A stretch of DNA of 64,000 bases from Candidatus Latescibacterota bacterium (GTDB taxonomy: Bacteria > Latescibacterota > UBA2968 > GCA-2709665): assembly GCA_965116875.1 (NCBI GenBank), contig OZ220733.1, positions 1,216,001 through 1,280,000 of the forward strand, in the 5' to 3' direction. The translations under genes and the position numbers were made by a program. Shown one piece after another: positions 1 to 10,219 of this stretch. Within the stretch, counting starts at the first letter, position 1. Each line of letters begins with the position of its first letter. The notes below the pieces were generated by a model that did no database searches, was not told the origin of the DNA, and was given only the letters and a program-made list of their open reading frames with translations.

Positions 1-1
1 A

Positions 2-1018
2 GCCCTGGTCAATACCGTGAATTGCGTAGGAGCCATGGGACGAGGTATCGCTCTTCAGTTCAAACGAGCCTTTCCTGAGAATTTCAAGGCGTACGCGGCC
101 AGATGTAAGCAGGAGAAAATGCAGCCTGGTAAGGTGTTTGTCTTCGAAACTGACGAGCTTTTCCATCCACGCTACATCTTCAATTTCCCCACCAAACGGC
201 ATTGGAAGGGTAAGAGCCGAATGGAGGATATTGAATCGGGTCTCGTGTCTCTCGTGAAGGAAATCAGGTCACACCAGATTCGCTCGATCGCCATTCCCCC
301 GCTTGGCAGTGGGCTGGGTGGGTTGGAGTGGCGGGAAGTACGCGAACGTCTGGAGGCAGTTCTGAACGAACTGGAAAATGTCAAAATCGTGATATTCGAA
401 CCGGGCGGCGGCCCTGCTGATACGCGCCCTAACCGCTCGCGTAATGTGCCCAGGATGACACCCGGACGGGCCGTGGTGGTTGAACTCATGGAACGCTACA
501 GATCGGGCCTTTTAGATCCGTTCGTATCGCTGCTTGAAGTTCATAAGCTGATGTACTTCATGCAGATCGCGGGCGAGCCATTGAGGCTGAAATATACCAA
601 AGGCCTTTATGGACCGTATGCAGAAAACCTTCGCCATGTGCTGAACGCCATTGAGGGGCATATGGTTAGTGGCTATAAAGATGGCGGCGATGCGCCCGAC
701 AAGCTGTTGGAGCTTGTTCCGGGAGCGCTAGAGGACGCACGAGCGTTTCTTGAGGACAAGGCCGATACGCGCGCTCGATTCAATAGGGTTTCGGACCTCG
801 TCGACGGGTTCGAGTCGTCGTTCGGTTTGGAGCTGCTCACAACGGTTCACTGGATCGTGAAAAGACAGAAAAGGCTCGAATTTAACAAGATCGTAAACGA
901 CTTTTACGCATGGCACAAGAGGAAACAGCAATTCACCAAGCGTCAGATCCGGATTGGCTGCCGGATTCTGCGTGAGAAAGGCTGGATTGATTATCTCGAC
1001 ATTCCGGAAACCGTATGA
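2..1018 (+). CDS. darG: DarG-type macrodomain antitoxin (DNA ADP-ribosyl glycohydrolase), 5'-truncated by window edge
   Basis: Frame open from nt 2 (ALVNTVNCVGAMGRGIALQFK); macrodomain motifs NFPTKRHW and SIAIPPLGSGLGGL; DarG-like C-terminus (EVHKLMYFMQ, YGPYA, GFESSFGLELLTTVHW); ATGA overlap with hsdR. Confidence 0.88.
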   Translation, partial: ALVNTVNCVGAMGRGIALQFKRAFPENFKAYAARCKQEKMQPGKVFVFETDELFHPRYIFNFPTKRHWKGKSRMEDIESGLVSLVKEIRSHQIRSIAIPPLGSGLGGLEWREVRERLEAVLNELENVKIVIFEPGGGPADTRPNRSRNVPRMTPGRAVVVELMERYRSGLLDPFVSLLEVHKLMYFMQIAGEPLRLKYTKGLYGPYAENLRHVLNAIEGHMVSGYKDGGDAPDKLLELVPGALEDARAFLEDKADTRARFNRVSDLVDGFESSFGLELLTTVHWIVKRQKRLEFNKIVNDFYAWHKRKQQFTKRQIRIGCRILREKGWIDYLDIPETV

Positions 1019-4014
1019 ACACAGACACCACTGAACGCGGTCTTGAAAGCCTCATCTGTGCGGCGTTGGCCGGCGACCCGGACGATAAGACGGAATCGGG
1101 GGACGCTGGTGACAGGCCGGCCACCTACAGTGCGGGCTGGCTTCACGGAAACTCGCATGACTACGACCGGGAATTCTGTGTGGACTTGAGTCACCTCTCT
1201 ACGTTCCTTAACCTGACACAGCCCGAAGTTGCCGAGTCTCTGGACCTTGCGCAGGAAAACCCCACGCGGCGGAAATTCCTGGCGCGCCTGCAGGGTGAGA
1301 TCGCCAAACGCGGCGCGATCGATGTCCTGCGCAGAGGAATCAAGCACGGACGCCACCAGATCGACCTCTTCTACGGCGCGCCGTCGCCGGGAAACGAGAA
1401 GGCCAAAGCTCGGTACGAACATAACCGTTTCAGCGTCACCCGGCAACTTCAATACAGCCAGGACAATACCCTGCTGGCACTTGATCTGTGTCTGTTCATC
1501 AACGGCCTGCCCGTAGCCACTTTCGAACTGAAGAACAGTCTGACCAAACAGACGGTCGACGACGCCGTTGAGCAGTACATACGTGACCGAAACCCTATCG
1601 AAAAGCTGTTCGAATTCGGTCGCTGTCTCGTCCACTTTGCCGTCGATGACCACGAAGTGCATTTCTGCACCCATCTCAGGGGCAGGGCGTCGTGGTTCCT
1701 GCCGTTCAACAAAGGTTGGGACGACGGCGCCGGTAATCCTCCTAATCCGAATGGATTGAAGACAGATTATCTGTGGAAAGAGGTGCTCACGCGTGAAGGG
1801 CTCACGGACATCATTGAGAACTACGCCCAGATCGTTGAGACCAGGGATGAGAAGACCGGGCGCGTTAAGCGGGAGCAGATCTGGCCGCGCTATCATCAAC
1901 TTGACGTCGTGCGAAAACTGCTGTCAGATATCCCGGAATCAAGGGTCGGCAGACGATATCTGATCCAGCACTCGGCCGGCAGCGGGAAGTCCAACTCTAT
2001 CGCGTGGCTGGCTCACCAGATGATCGCACTCAAAGATGGCGACCAGCCGCTGGTCGATTCGATCATCGTCGTTACCGATCGACGGGTACTGGATCGTCAG
2101 ATCAGGAATACCGTAAAGCAGTTCGCGCAGGTCGCCGCCATCGTCGGACACGCGGACAGATCCGCAGACCTCAGCGCTTTTCTGGGGTTGGGCAAAAAAC
2201 TCATCATCACGACGGTCCAGAAATTCCCCTTCGTGCTGGACAAGATCGGCGATGAACACCGCGGACGCCGGTTCGCCATCATCATCGACGAGGCCCATTC
2301 GAGCCAGGGCGGAAAGATGTCCGCCGCTGTCTCGATGGCGCTGGGTGAGAGTGGAGATGACGACGATGATGACACGACCGAGGACAAAATCAACCGGTTG
2401 ATGGAATCCAGACAGATGTTGTCGAATGCCAGTTACTTCGCGTTTACGGCAACGCCAAAGAACAAGACCCTTGAGATATTCGGCGATCCAGAAGACCGTG
2501 GGGCGAACGTCGGACACGTACCCTTCCATAGCTATACAATGAAACAGGCGATACAGGAGCGGTTCATCCTGGACGTGCTGGCTCACTACACGCCGGTGGC
2601 AAGTTACTACCGACTTATGAAGAAGATTCCTGACGATCCTGTCTTTGACACAAGGAAGGCGCAAAGAAAGCTTCGCCGATACGTCGAATCTCACGAACAC
2701 GCAGTACGCCAGAAGGCGGAGATCATGGTCGATCACTTTCACGACCAGGTTATCGCGCGACAGAGAATCGGCGGACAGGCCCGTGCGATGGTGGTTACCA
2801 GTGGAATTGAGCGCGCGATCCAGTACTTTCACGCCTTCCAGGACTATCTGGTGGAACGTAAGAGTCCGCATCGAGCAATCGTCGCATTCTCGGGAGAACA
2901 TGAGTACGGCGGCCGCAAAGTCACCGAAGCTTCGCTGAATGGCTTTCCGTCCGGTCAGATCGCCGACATGATTCAAAAGGACCCCTATCGGTTCCTGATC
3001 TGTGCCGACAAATTCCAGACCGGGTACGACGAGCCCCTCCTGCACACCATGTACGTGGACAAAGTCCTCGCCGGAATCAAGGCCGTGCAGACCCTTTCGC
3101 GCCTGAACCGGGCCCATCCCCTGAAGCACGACACGTTTGTGCTGGACTTCATGAACGAAGCGGACGAAATCAGGATGGCGTTCGAGGACTACTACCGAAC
3201 CACCATCCTGGCAGAAGAGACGGATCCTGACAAACTTCACGACCTGAAGGCGAGTCTGGACGGGTATCAGGTATACGGTTGGGACCAGGTGGAGGAACTG
3301 GTCTCATTATATCTGGATGGTGCGGAGAGGGACCGGTTGGATCCGATTCTGGATGCGTGCGTGGCGGTGTATCGGTCCGAACTCGACGAGGATGGACAGG
3401 TTGAATTCAAGGGCCACGCGAAGGCTTTTTCCCGCACTTACGCGTTCCTGGCGCCAATTCTGCCTTATTCCAATATGGAGTGGGAAAAGCTTTCAATATT
3501 CCTGAATTTTCTGATTCCAAAACTGCCGACCCCTGTCGAAGAAGACCTCTCGAAGGGCATTCTTGAGGCGATCGACATGGATAGCTACCGCGTCGAAGTC
3601 CAGGCGACGATGAAGATCGCGCTCGCAGACGAGAACGCGGAAATCGATCCCGTACCGGCCGCTGGCGGGACCGGAAAGCCCGAACCTGAAATTGACCACC
3701 TCAGCAACATCCTGAGGACGTTCAACGAACTGTTCGGGAACATCGAATGGAAGGATGGAGACAAGATCGGTAGGGTCATCACCGAAGAGTTACCGGCGAA
3801 GGTGGCCGCCGACACGGCCTATCGGAACGCTATGGAAAACTCGGACAGGCAGAACGCCCGGATCGAACACGACAAGGCGCTTGAGAGAGCCGTGACCGCA
3901 CTGCTATCCGATCACGCCGAGCTGTTCAAACAGTTCAGCGACAACGAATCATTCCGGAAATGGCTATCCGAGACCAACTTTCGTTCCACCTACCGCCAGC
4001 CAGCCAACGTCTGA
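1015..4014 (+). CDS. hsdR: Type I restriction-modification enzyme, R subunit
   Basis: 999 aa; nuclease motif DLCLFINGLPVATFELK; helicase motifs HSAGSGKS, DEAH, FTATP, KFQTGYD, QTLSRLNR. Confidence 0.95.
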   Translation: MNTDTTERGLESLICAALAGDPDDKTESGDAGDRPATYSAGWLHGNSHDYDREFCVDLSHLSTFLNLTQPEVAESLDLAQENPTRRKFLARLQGEIAKRGAIDVLRRGIKHGRHQIDLFYGAPSPGNEKAKARYEHNRFSVTRQLQYSQDNTLLALDLCLFINGLPVATFELKNSLTKQTVDDAVEQYIRDRNPIEKLFEFGRCLVHFAVDDHEVHFCTHLRGRASWFLPFNKGWDDGAGNPPNPNGLKTDYLWKEVLTREGLTDIIENYAQIVETRDEKTGRVKREQIWPRYHQLDVVRKLLSDIPESRVGRRYLIQHSAGSGKSNSIAWLAHQMIALKDGDQPLVDSIIVVTDRRVLDRQIRNTVKQFAQVAAIVGHADRSADLSAFLGLGKKLIITTVQKFPFVLDKIGDEHRGRRFAIIIDEAHSSQGGKMSAAVSMALGESGDDDDDDTTEDKINRLMESRQMLSNASYFAFTATPKNKTLEIFGDPEDRGANVGHVPFHSYTMKQAIQERFILDVLAHYTPVASYYRLMKKIPDDPVFDTRKAQRKLRRYVESHEHAVRQKAEIMVDHFHDQVIARQRIGGQARAMVVTSGIERAIQYFHAFQDYLVERKSPHRAIVAFSGEHEYGGRKVTEASLNGFPSGQIADMIQKDPYRFLICADKFQTGYDEPLLHTMYVDKVLAGIKAVQTLSRLNRAHPLKHDTFVLDFMNEADEIRMAFEDYYRTTILAEETDPDKLHDLKASLDGYQVYGWDQVEELVSLYLDGAERDRLDPILDACVAVYRSELDEDGQVEFKGHAKAFSRTYAFLAPILPYSNMEWEKLSIFLNFLIPKLPTPVEEDLSKGILEAIDMDSYRVEVQATMKIALADENAEIDPVPAAGGTGKPEPEIDHLSNILRTFNELFGNIEWKDGDKIGRVITEELPAKVAADTAYRNAMENSDRQNARIEHDKALERAVTALLSDHAELFKQFSDNESFRKWLSETNFRSTYRQPANV

Positions 4015-4077
4015 TACGAGTACTCCCTCTGATTCGCTTATTGTTGCGACGCCCCCCGCTCTGATCAAATACAACCC

Positions 4078-4106
4078 TTTACTTCACGTCGAATGTTTCC
4101 CATATT
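4078..4106 (+). promoter_or_regulatory. Putative sigma70 promoter for the GYD gene
   Basis: TTTACT-N17-CATATT, about 175 nt upstream of ATG 4281. Confidence 0.35.
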
Positions 4107-4280
4107 AGGCGAAGACCCATAGACGGTGATGGGCGTACGCGGCGACTGGTGTTCTATCGTCGCTATTGCAGATATGCCGTTGACGCAAACCTGCGAAATC
4201 TTCTTCGGTCCGTATCCGCACCTTTGGCCTGCGGCGCGGCGCCGGGGGAAACTCTACACCACCTGACAGGAGGGATAACC

Positions 4281-4601
4281 ATGGCCAATTACTTGTTCCG
4301 CACCAGGTACACGCGGTCCGGTCTTCAGGGCCTGCTCAAAGAGGGAGGCACCGGCCGGCGGGAGGCTTTGCGGCAGACCGTGGAAGGGATGGGCGGCAAG
4401 CTGGAGGGCTTCTACTATGCGATGGGCGATGACGACCTCATCCTGCTCGCCGAGATTCCCGATGAAACCACTGCTGCGGCCATCGCCCTCAACATTGCCG
4501 CGGCAGGCGCTCTGGAAGTCTCCACGACGGTCCTCGTTTCGCCGGAGACCATTGACGAAGCGGTGAACAAGAGCGTGCCGTACCGTCTGCCTGGCGAATA
4601 A
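4281..4601 (+). CDS. GYD domain protein
   Basis: SD AGGAGG before ATG 4281; YTRSGLQGLLKEGG...GGKLEGFYYAMGDDD pattern typical of the GYD family. Confidence 0.8.
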   Translation: MANYLFRTRYTRSGLQGLLKEGGTGRREALRQTVEGMGGKLEGFYYAMGDDDLILLAEIPDETTAAAIALNIAAAGALEVSTTVLVSPETIDEAVNKSVPYRLPGE

Positions 4602-4795
4602 ATCAAGCGAAGCCTCTTGGAATCAGGATAGCCGGAAGCCGGCACGGGAATCGCGGAGGCGTCGATGCGTGTCGAACGCCGTACCGACAGTGATCGGTCA
4701 ATTCACCGGATTGTCTTGCCTGTACGGGCCCCTTTTCGCATCTGGGAAGGGGCCAGTTTCGTGTTCAACCCGATGGGTTTCACGAGGTTTGACTA

Positions 4796-6994
4796 ATGAC
4801 AATTCATGTCGAAGGCCAGGTCCGCGACGCCTCTTCGCGTCGCGCAATTGAGAACGTCTCCGTTTCCAACGGGGAACACGTGGTGCGGACGGATGCGGAC
4901 GGACGTTACGCGCTGGAGGTCTCTCCGGGCGGGCACCGCTTCGTTTTTGTCTCGGTTCCGGATGGCTTCCGGTCCGGTGAGGGATTCTATCGTTCGACGA
5001 TTGGATGGACACGCGAACAGCACGATGTCGACTTCGAGCTGGCGAGGCTGCCGGATGCGGACCGGCGGACCTTTTCGATGGCGCATATCAGCGATACCCA
5101 CGTGGTGCTTGACGAAGGCCGGATCCAGGGCGAGGTATTGTCGCAGGATCTGCGGCAACTCGAACGGGACGCCCGTCCGGACCTGATTGTTGCGAGCGGC
5201 GACCTCACGGATTGGGGGACGCTGGAGGAACTCCAACAGCTTCGCGCCGCCATCGGCTGCGTTTCGACGCCCGTGTTGCCCATGTTCGGCGGACACGACG
5301 GAAATCACGAGCGTTTCGGCGATCTGACTGTCGAAGAGCTTGTCGCATTGAAACACAGGAGGGAATACGCGAAGATCGAGGAGATCCTGAAGCAACGCGA
5401 AGGGCAACCCTTCACGCGCCACTATGAACGGGTACTCGGCCCGCCGTATTACAGTTTCGATCGCGGGCGATGGCATTTCGTACTCTATCCGAACGAGGAT
5501 AATTTCTACCCGACGCGGGACCGGAAGCGGAAGGAAGACTGGTTGTGGGCCGACCTGTCACAACAGCCGTGCGATCGACAAATCGTCGTCTTCCTTCACA
5601 AGCCGCCGTCCATCCCTTTCCTGAATTCCTTACGCCGGCACCCGGTAAAGCTGGTCATGCATGGACATTGGCACTCCAGCAAGGTGTTCTCCCGGGACGG
5701 GATTGTCGTGGCGGCGGTACCCCCGCTGTGTTTCGGCGGCCTTGATACGCGACCGCGTGGGTATCGCATCGTAGAATTTCGAGAGGATGCCTTCGAGTTC
5801 AGGCTCAGGCCTCTCACACGCGCCGGGAGCCCGTCGCCGCGTGAGGCTGACGATCCGATCCCGCTCGAAAAGGAGGTTAAGGGCTTTCGGCTGCTCTGGA
5901 CGCATCGGCTTCCGGTGGGGTTGCACCGCGCGGCGCCGGTACATTCCGGCGACCGGATCCTCGTGAGCCTGGCGGACGAAGGATATCCGGCACAGAACGG
6001 CGTGGCGTGTCTCGACGCTCGAAGCGGCGCGCTTGCATGGCGCGTTTCTACAGACACAGCCGTCAAGAACAGCGTGGCGGTCACCCGCGCGTCAGGATCC
6101 GCAGATGATGCGACCGGTCTATGCGCCGCGGTGTCCGTTGCCGGACGATTGTATGCAATCGATACGGAATCCGGAAGCGTTCGCTGGAAGGCCGATCTTC
6201 CCGGTTTTCCGGAACGGTGGATCTATGCTTCTCCGGTCATCGCCGGCGAGACGGTGTACGCGGGCGGCAAGGCCGGCATGGGCGCCTACGACCTGAAAAC
6301 CGGCGAGGAACGCTGGTACACATCGATTGAAGGCGGCGACGGCTGGCCGTGCTACGCGAGCCCGCGGGTTTGCGGCGACCTGCTCATTCTACTCGTCCAG
6401 CGGCGGGGGTTGATGGCGCTGGACAGGAGCAATGGGACCGTGGTCTGGGAACGGGTTATGGGCGTCGAAAATCCCTACGCCCGGCCCGTGGTGAATGGCG
6501 GCCTGCTGGTCACCGGCAGCGGCGCCCCGGATCTTCACTGGTATGGTGGAAAACCGGCGCATCTGGCGGTCCTGAGCGTCAGAACGGGCGAGGTGGTGTG
6601 GAACCGGGCTGTGCTTCCGTCGAGGTATCCCACCGGACTCGCGGTACGGGAAGACCGGTTCTACGCAGCAACGCCGGACGGCGAGGTATTCTGTATCGAT
6701 CTCCAGTCGGGCGCGGTGATGTGGCGCTTCCGGACAGGCAATGACCTGATGGACATGGTCCCGGCCCGCCGCGACGTCGGGTCCATCCTTGCGGCGCCGG
6801 TCATTTATAAGGAATGCCTTCTCATTTGTGGCATGGACGGTTGCCTTTACGTCCTGAACGCGGGGACCGGCGCCTGCGTCAGCCGTACGGACCTGAGCGC
6901 CCCGATCGCAGCCGCGCCCTGCCTGACCGAAGACGGGTTCTGTGTGGGCACGTACGACGGGCACCTGTATTGTTTCGCTGAATGTGCGGGATAG
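4796..6994 (+). CDS. Calcineurin-like metallophosphoesterase fused to a PQQ/BamB-like beta-propeller
   Basis: N-terminal VSVSNG/TDADGRY domain; metal motifs ISDTH, GDL, GGHD/GNHE, HGHWH; repeated A/L-D-x-x-T/S-G-x-x-x-W propeller blades. Confidence 0.85.
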   Translation: MTIHVEGQVRDASSRRAIENVSVSNGEHVVRTDADGRYALEVSPGGHRFVFVSVPDGFRSGEGFYRSTIGWTREQHDVDFELARLPDADRRTFSMAHISDTHVVLDEGRIQGEVLSQDLRQLERDARPDLIVASGDLTDWGTLEELQQLRAAIGCVSTPVLPMFGGHDGNHERFGDLTVEELVALKHRREYAKIEEILKQREGQPFTRHYERVLGPPYYSFDRGRWHFVLYPNEDNFYPTRDRKRKEDWLWADLSQQPCDRQIVVFLHKPPSIPFLNSLRRHPVKLVMHGHWHSSKVFSRDGIVVAAVPPLCFGGLDTRPRGYRIVEFREDAFEFRLRPLTRAGSPSPREADDPIPLEKEVKGFRLLWTHRLPVGLHRAAPVHSGDRILVSLADEGYPAQNGVACLDARSGALAWRVSTDTAVKNSVAVTRASGSADDATGLCAAVSVAGRLYAIDTESGSVRWKADLPGFPERWIYASPVIAGETVYAGGKAGMGAYDLKTGEERWYTSIEGGDGWPCYASPRVCGDLLILLVQRRGLMALDRSNGTVVWERVMGVENPYARPVVNGGLLVTGSGAPDLHWYGGKPAHLAVLSVRTGEVVWNRAVLPSRYPTGLAVREDRFYAATPDGEVFCIDLQSGAVMWRFRTGNDLMDMVPARRDVGSILAAPVIYKECLLICGMDGCLYVLNAGTGACVSRTDLSAPIAAAPCLTEDGFCVGTYDGHLYCFAECAG

Positions 6995-7158
6995 ACCTGG
7001 CGGACCGGCACGATTCAACTTCAGTTTGTCTTTTGCCCCGGCGGCGGAATAACTCACCCGTTTGAGACAGTCCGTCTCCACGCTATCGCCACGCCCAACC
7101 TGCGTCTCTCCGTGCAATGTGTGACAGCTGCCCGCAAGGCAGGATCCCGTTGTCATAA

Positions 7159-7243
7159 TGGCGAGTAAGTGACAAATAATCACATACTATCTCGCCAACT
7201 CAACAAATTCTGTATTGACGTATGTGCCAATAAGCAGTAAATT
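7159..7243 (+). promoter_or_regulatory. abiE promoter with upstream inverted repeat (candidate AbiEi operator)
   Basis: TTGACG(7215)-N17-TAAATT(7238); inverted repeat TGGCGAG(7159)...CTCGCCA(7197) with inner GTGA/TCAC. Confidence 0.55.
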
Positions 7244-7253
7244 TATGGCGACT

Positions 7254-8090
7254 ATGTCCACTATACGTCAAAGGAGCGGTCCGGTAAGACTCAATGAGTT
7301 CCTGGCGCGGCACGCCGTGTTTACAGTCGACCAGTTGGATCGCTTCCTGTCCGATCGAGGTTCAGAGAATACCAGCACCCGCAAGTCGCTGTTGACCTAT
7401 CACCGCAAGCGAGGACGGGTCGTCCGCATCCGCCGCGGACTTTACGCGTCCGTACCCACGGGAACAGACCCGGCTTTCGTGTCGGTCGATCCGTATCTCG
7501 TAGCGGCCAGGATGACCGCGGATGCGGTGTTGGCTTACCACACGGCCCTGGAGTTCCACGGGAGGGCCTATTCGGTCCATTGGAGACTGGTCTATATCTC
7601 GGCGAGCAAGTCGCTTCCACTCACGTTCCAGTCCCACTCATTCCGTAGCGCCCCCGTGCCGCCTCCGCTCCGGGCCAAGGGTGAAGAGTTCTACGGGGTC
7701 ACACGCCAGGAGCGCTCCGGCGTAGAAATCCGGGTCACCAATCACGAAAGAACACTCGTCGACGTGCTGGACAGGCCGGATCTAACTGGAAGCTGGGAAG
7801 AGATATGGCGGTCGCTGGAGTCTGTGGAGTTCTTCGATCTGGATCAGGTCATTGAGTACACCCGACTGCTGGAAAACGCGACGACGGCCGCAAAGGTGGG
7901 GTTCTTTCTGGAACAAAACAGGGATTCCCTGATGGTCGAGGAAGCCCACCTCGAAACCCTGCGCAAGCTCCGTCCACGGCAACCCCACTACATTGAACGG
8001 AAGCGATCGAGGGGTTGTCGCCTCGCACGAGAATGGAACCTGATGATACCGGGCGAAATCCTGAATCGAACCTGGGAGGACGCGCTGTGA
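7254..8090 (+). CDS. Type IV TA antitoxin, AbiEi family (wHTH transcriptional regulator); start uncertain
   Basis: N-terminal wHTH ending RIRRGLY; AYHTALEFHG; VTNHERTLVDVLDRP; GTGA overlap with downstream toxin gene. Confidence 0.85.
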   Translation: MSTIRQRSGPVRLNEFLARHAVFTVDQLDRFLSDRGSENTSTRKSLLTYHRKRGRVVRIRRGLYASVPTGTDPAFVSVDPYLVAARMTADAVLAYHTALEFHGRAYSVHWRLVYISASKSLPLTFQSHSFRSAPVPPPLRAKGEEFYGVTRQERSGVEIRVTNHERTLVDVLDRPDLTGSWEEIWRSLESVEFFDLDQVIEYTRLLENATTAAKVGFFLEQNRDSLMVEEAHLETLRKLRPRQPHYIERKRSRGCRLAREWNLMIPGEILNRTWEDAL

Positions 8091-9082
8091 GATTCACCGC
8101 GTCTGAGATTCTCCCCGCGGCAAGAACCAATGGCTTCAACGAGGAAGTGGTCGAAAAGGTCCTCCATCTGGTGCATCTCCTGACAACGCTGAATGCTCAT
8201 CCGTCGCTTAATGGGAAGTGGGTTCTGAAGGGCGGCACGGCTTTGAATCTGTTTGTGTTCCGCCTTCCCAGGCTGTCGGTAGACATCGACATAAACTACA
8301 TCGGAGCGTTGGGTCGCGAGGAGATGATAGCTGAGCGGCCGGGAATCGAGCAGGCGGCACAGGCGGTCTTTTCCCGGGAGGGCTTCGCCGTCCGAAGGAT
8401 CCCGGACGAACATGCCGGTGGGAAGTGGCGATTGAACTACGCAAGCCATACCGGGCAATCCAGAAATCTTGAAGTGGACCTGAATTTCATGTACCGGCAG
8501 CCGCTTTGGGAGCCTGTGATTGCCGACTCCCATCCTCTGGGCAACGTCCGGGCCAGAGGTATCCCCGTACTCGATACGCACGAACTCGCAGCCGGTAAAC
8601 TCGCGGCGTTATTGTCCCGACGACAGGCGAGAGATCTGTTCGACTCTCATCGAGTTCTTCAGGCCGAAGGTCTCCAACACAATCGGCTCCGCGTCGCTTT
8701 CGTCGTCTATGGAGGTATGAATCGAAAGGACTGGAGGACTGTCTCGGCCGAAGATGTGACCTGCGACGGGGTGGAATTTGCAAGGCAACTCGCCCCCACC
8801 CTTCGCTCACCGCGGCAACGAGAGCAAGCGAGGCTGGAAGAGCTCGCATCGCAGCTTGTAGATGAATGCAAGACGGCTATGGGCGCAGTGCTGCCATTTA
8901 CCGATTCCGAACGCGCGTTTCTGGATCTGTTGCTTGATGAAGGGCAAGTCGACGCGACAATCCTGACCTCCGAAACTTCCCTGCAGGAACGGATTCAGGT
9001 TCAGCCGATGCTGGAGTGGAAAGCCTTCAACGTACGCCGTCACAAGAACAGCCAGCGGAACCCCGGTGCCATCGGCTCCTGA
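8087..9082 (+). CDS. Type IV TA toxin, AbiEii/AbiGii nucleotidyltransferase
   Basis: GTG start after GGAGG; LKGGTALN...RLSVDIDIN NTase motif; GKLAALLSRRQARDLFD. Confidence 0.9.
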   Translation: MRFTASEILPAARTNGFNEEVVEKVLHLVHLLTTLNAHPSLNGKWVLKGGTALNLFVFRLPRLSVDIDINYIGALGREEMIAERPGIEQAAQAVFSREGFAVRRIPDEHAGGKWRLNYASHTGQSRNLEVDLNFMYRQPLWEPVIADSHPLGNVRARGIPVLDTHELAAGKLAALLSRRQARDLFDSHRVLQAEGLQHNRLRVAFVVYGGMNRKDWRTVSAEDVTCDGVEFARQLAPTLRSPRQREQARLEELASQLVDECKTAMGAVLPFTDSERAFLDLLLDEGQVDATILTSETSLQERIQVQPMLEWKAFNVRRHKNSQRNPGAIGS

Positions 9083-9158
9083 AGCCAGGCAGTCAATGTC
9101 GACCATGCCGGTGACGGTGGCTACTTCGCAATTGAATTCGAGGATTCGGGGAGGTATC

Positions 9159-10160
9159 ATGGCATCGCCCATCCAATCACAACCATGGGAAAGACCCGAC
9201 ACGCCCATCTTCAGCAATTCGCCGCCGCCCCAGCCGTGGATGAAATGCAACATCTACTGCCCGCGTGTCATCTACGCCGAGGGCAAATATCGAATGTGGT
9301 TTTCCGGTTCGGCCGTGCGGCCCACGCTGTACAGAACGTGTATCGGATACGCCGAATCGGACGACGGCCTCGCCTGGACGCTCCACCCGGACAATCCGAT
9401 TCTGACGGCCGACGGACTTACGTGGGGTCAGAGCCTGAATACGCCCAGGGTTCTGTACGACGAGGACGAAGGGATTTACAGAATGTGGTTTCTAAGCACG
9501 ACCCACGTGGAATATCGGGACGACGGCATCCTCGCGAATGATATCGGGTCGGCCATGGGGTATGCCACAAGCCAGGACGGGATCCACTGGGATTTCTGGC
9601 CCGAACCCCTGATCCACGAATGCCGGGCGCCCTGTGTACACAGGGAAGACGGCCGCTATCGTATGTGGCTCAACGCCAGGCCCAACCCCGATGACTCGTG
9701 GGAAACGGCCTATGCGTACGTCTACGAATACGCGTCGGAGGATGGGATTGCATGGACGCGGCGTGAACACCCTGCGGTTCAGGCAACGGGCAACACGAAG
9801 TCGTGCGTCTATCCGGAAGTTCATAAGATCAATGGGACGTATTACATGTGGCATATCGGACATCTGAAGAAGAAGGACGGTCCGATGAATATGGTCTACC
9901 ACGAGATCTTCTGCGATACGTCGACAGATGGATTTAACTGGACGCTGAATCACGAGACCCCCGCGTTTGCCGCCTCCCGGGACCTGAACCGGTTCGACTG
10001 GAAGACGGTATCGACGCCGTGCGTGGTGGATATCGGCGACACGTTGCGGCTGTATTACGCGGGGTGCAATCTGAAGACGAACTTCAATCTGTTCGAGGGC
10101 GGCGACAACGGCGAGGGGATGCATATCGCCGTTGCGACGATGCCCAAAGACCGGCTGTAA
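9159..10160 (+). CDS. Five-bladed beta-propeller glycosidase-like protein (GH32/GH43/GH130-like)
   Basis: SD GGAGG; repeated blades P-x-V...YRMW...GYA-x-S-x-DG-x-x-W. Confidence 0.75.
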   Translation: MASPIQSQPWERPDTPIFSNSPPPQPWMKCNIYCPRVIYAEGKYRMWFSGSAVRPTLYRTCIGYAESDDGLAWTLHPDNPILTADGLTWGQSLNTPRVLYDEDEGIYRMWFLSTTHVEYRDDGILANDIGSAMGYATSQDGIHWDFWPEPLIHECRAPCVHREDGRYRMWLNARPNPDDSWETAYAYVYEYASEDGIAWTRREHPAVQATGNTKSCVYPEVHKINGTYYMWHIGHLKKKDGPMNMVYHEIFCDTSTDGFNWTLNHETPAFAASRDLNRFDWKTVSTPCVVDIGDTLRLYYAGCNLKTNFNLFEGGDNGEGMHIAVATMPKDRL

Positions 10161-10219
10161 TTCCAGCGTCTCTGGCATCCGCCCGGTTGAAAAATTGGGG
10201 TGGCGCAACAGGAGCCGGA

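Noticed and set aside
4107-4280. Possible riboswitch in the GYD gene leader
   Set aside because: Only short hairpins and no recognisable consensus
7060-7080. TTTGAGACAGTC resembling an IS/MITE end
   Set aside because: Single short match with no partner end found
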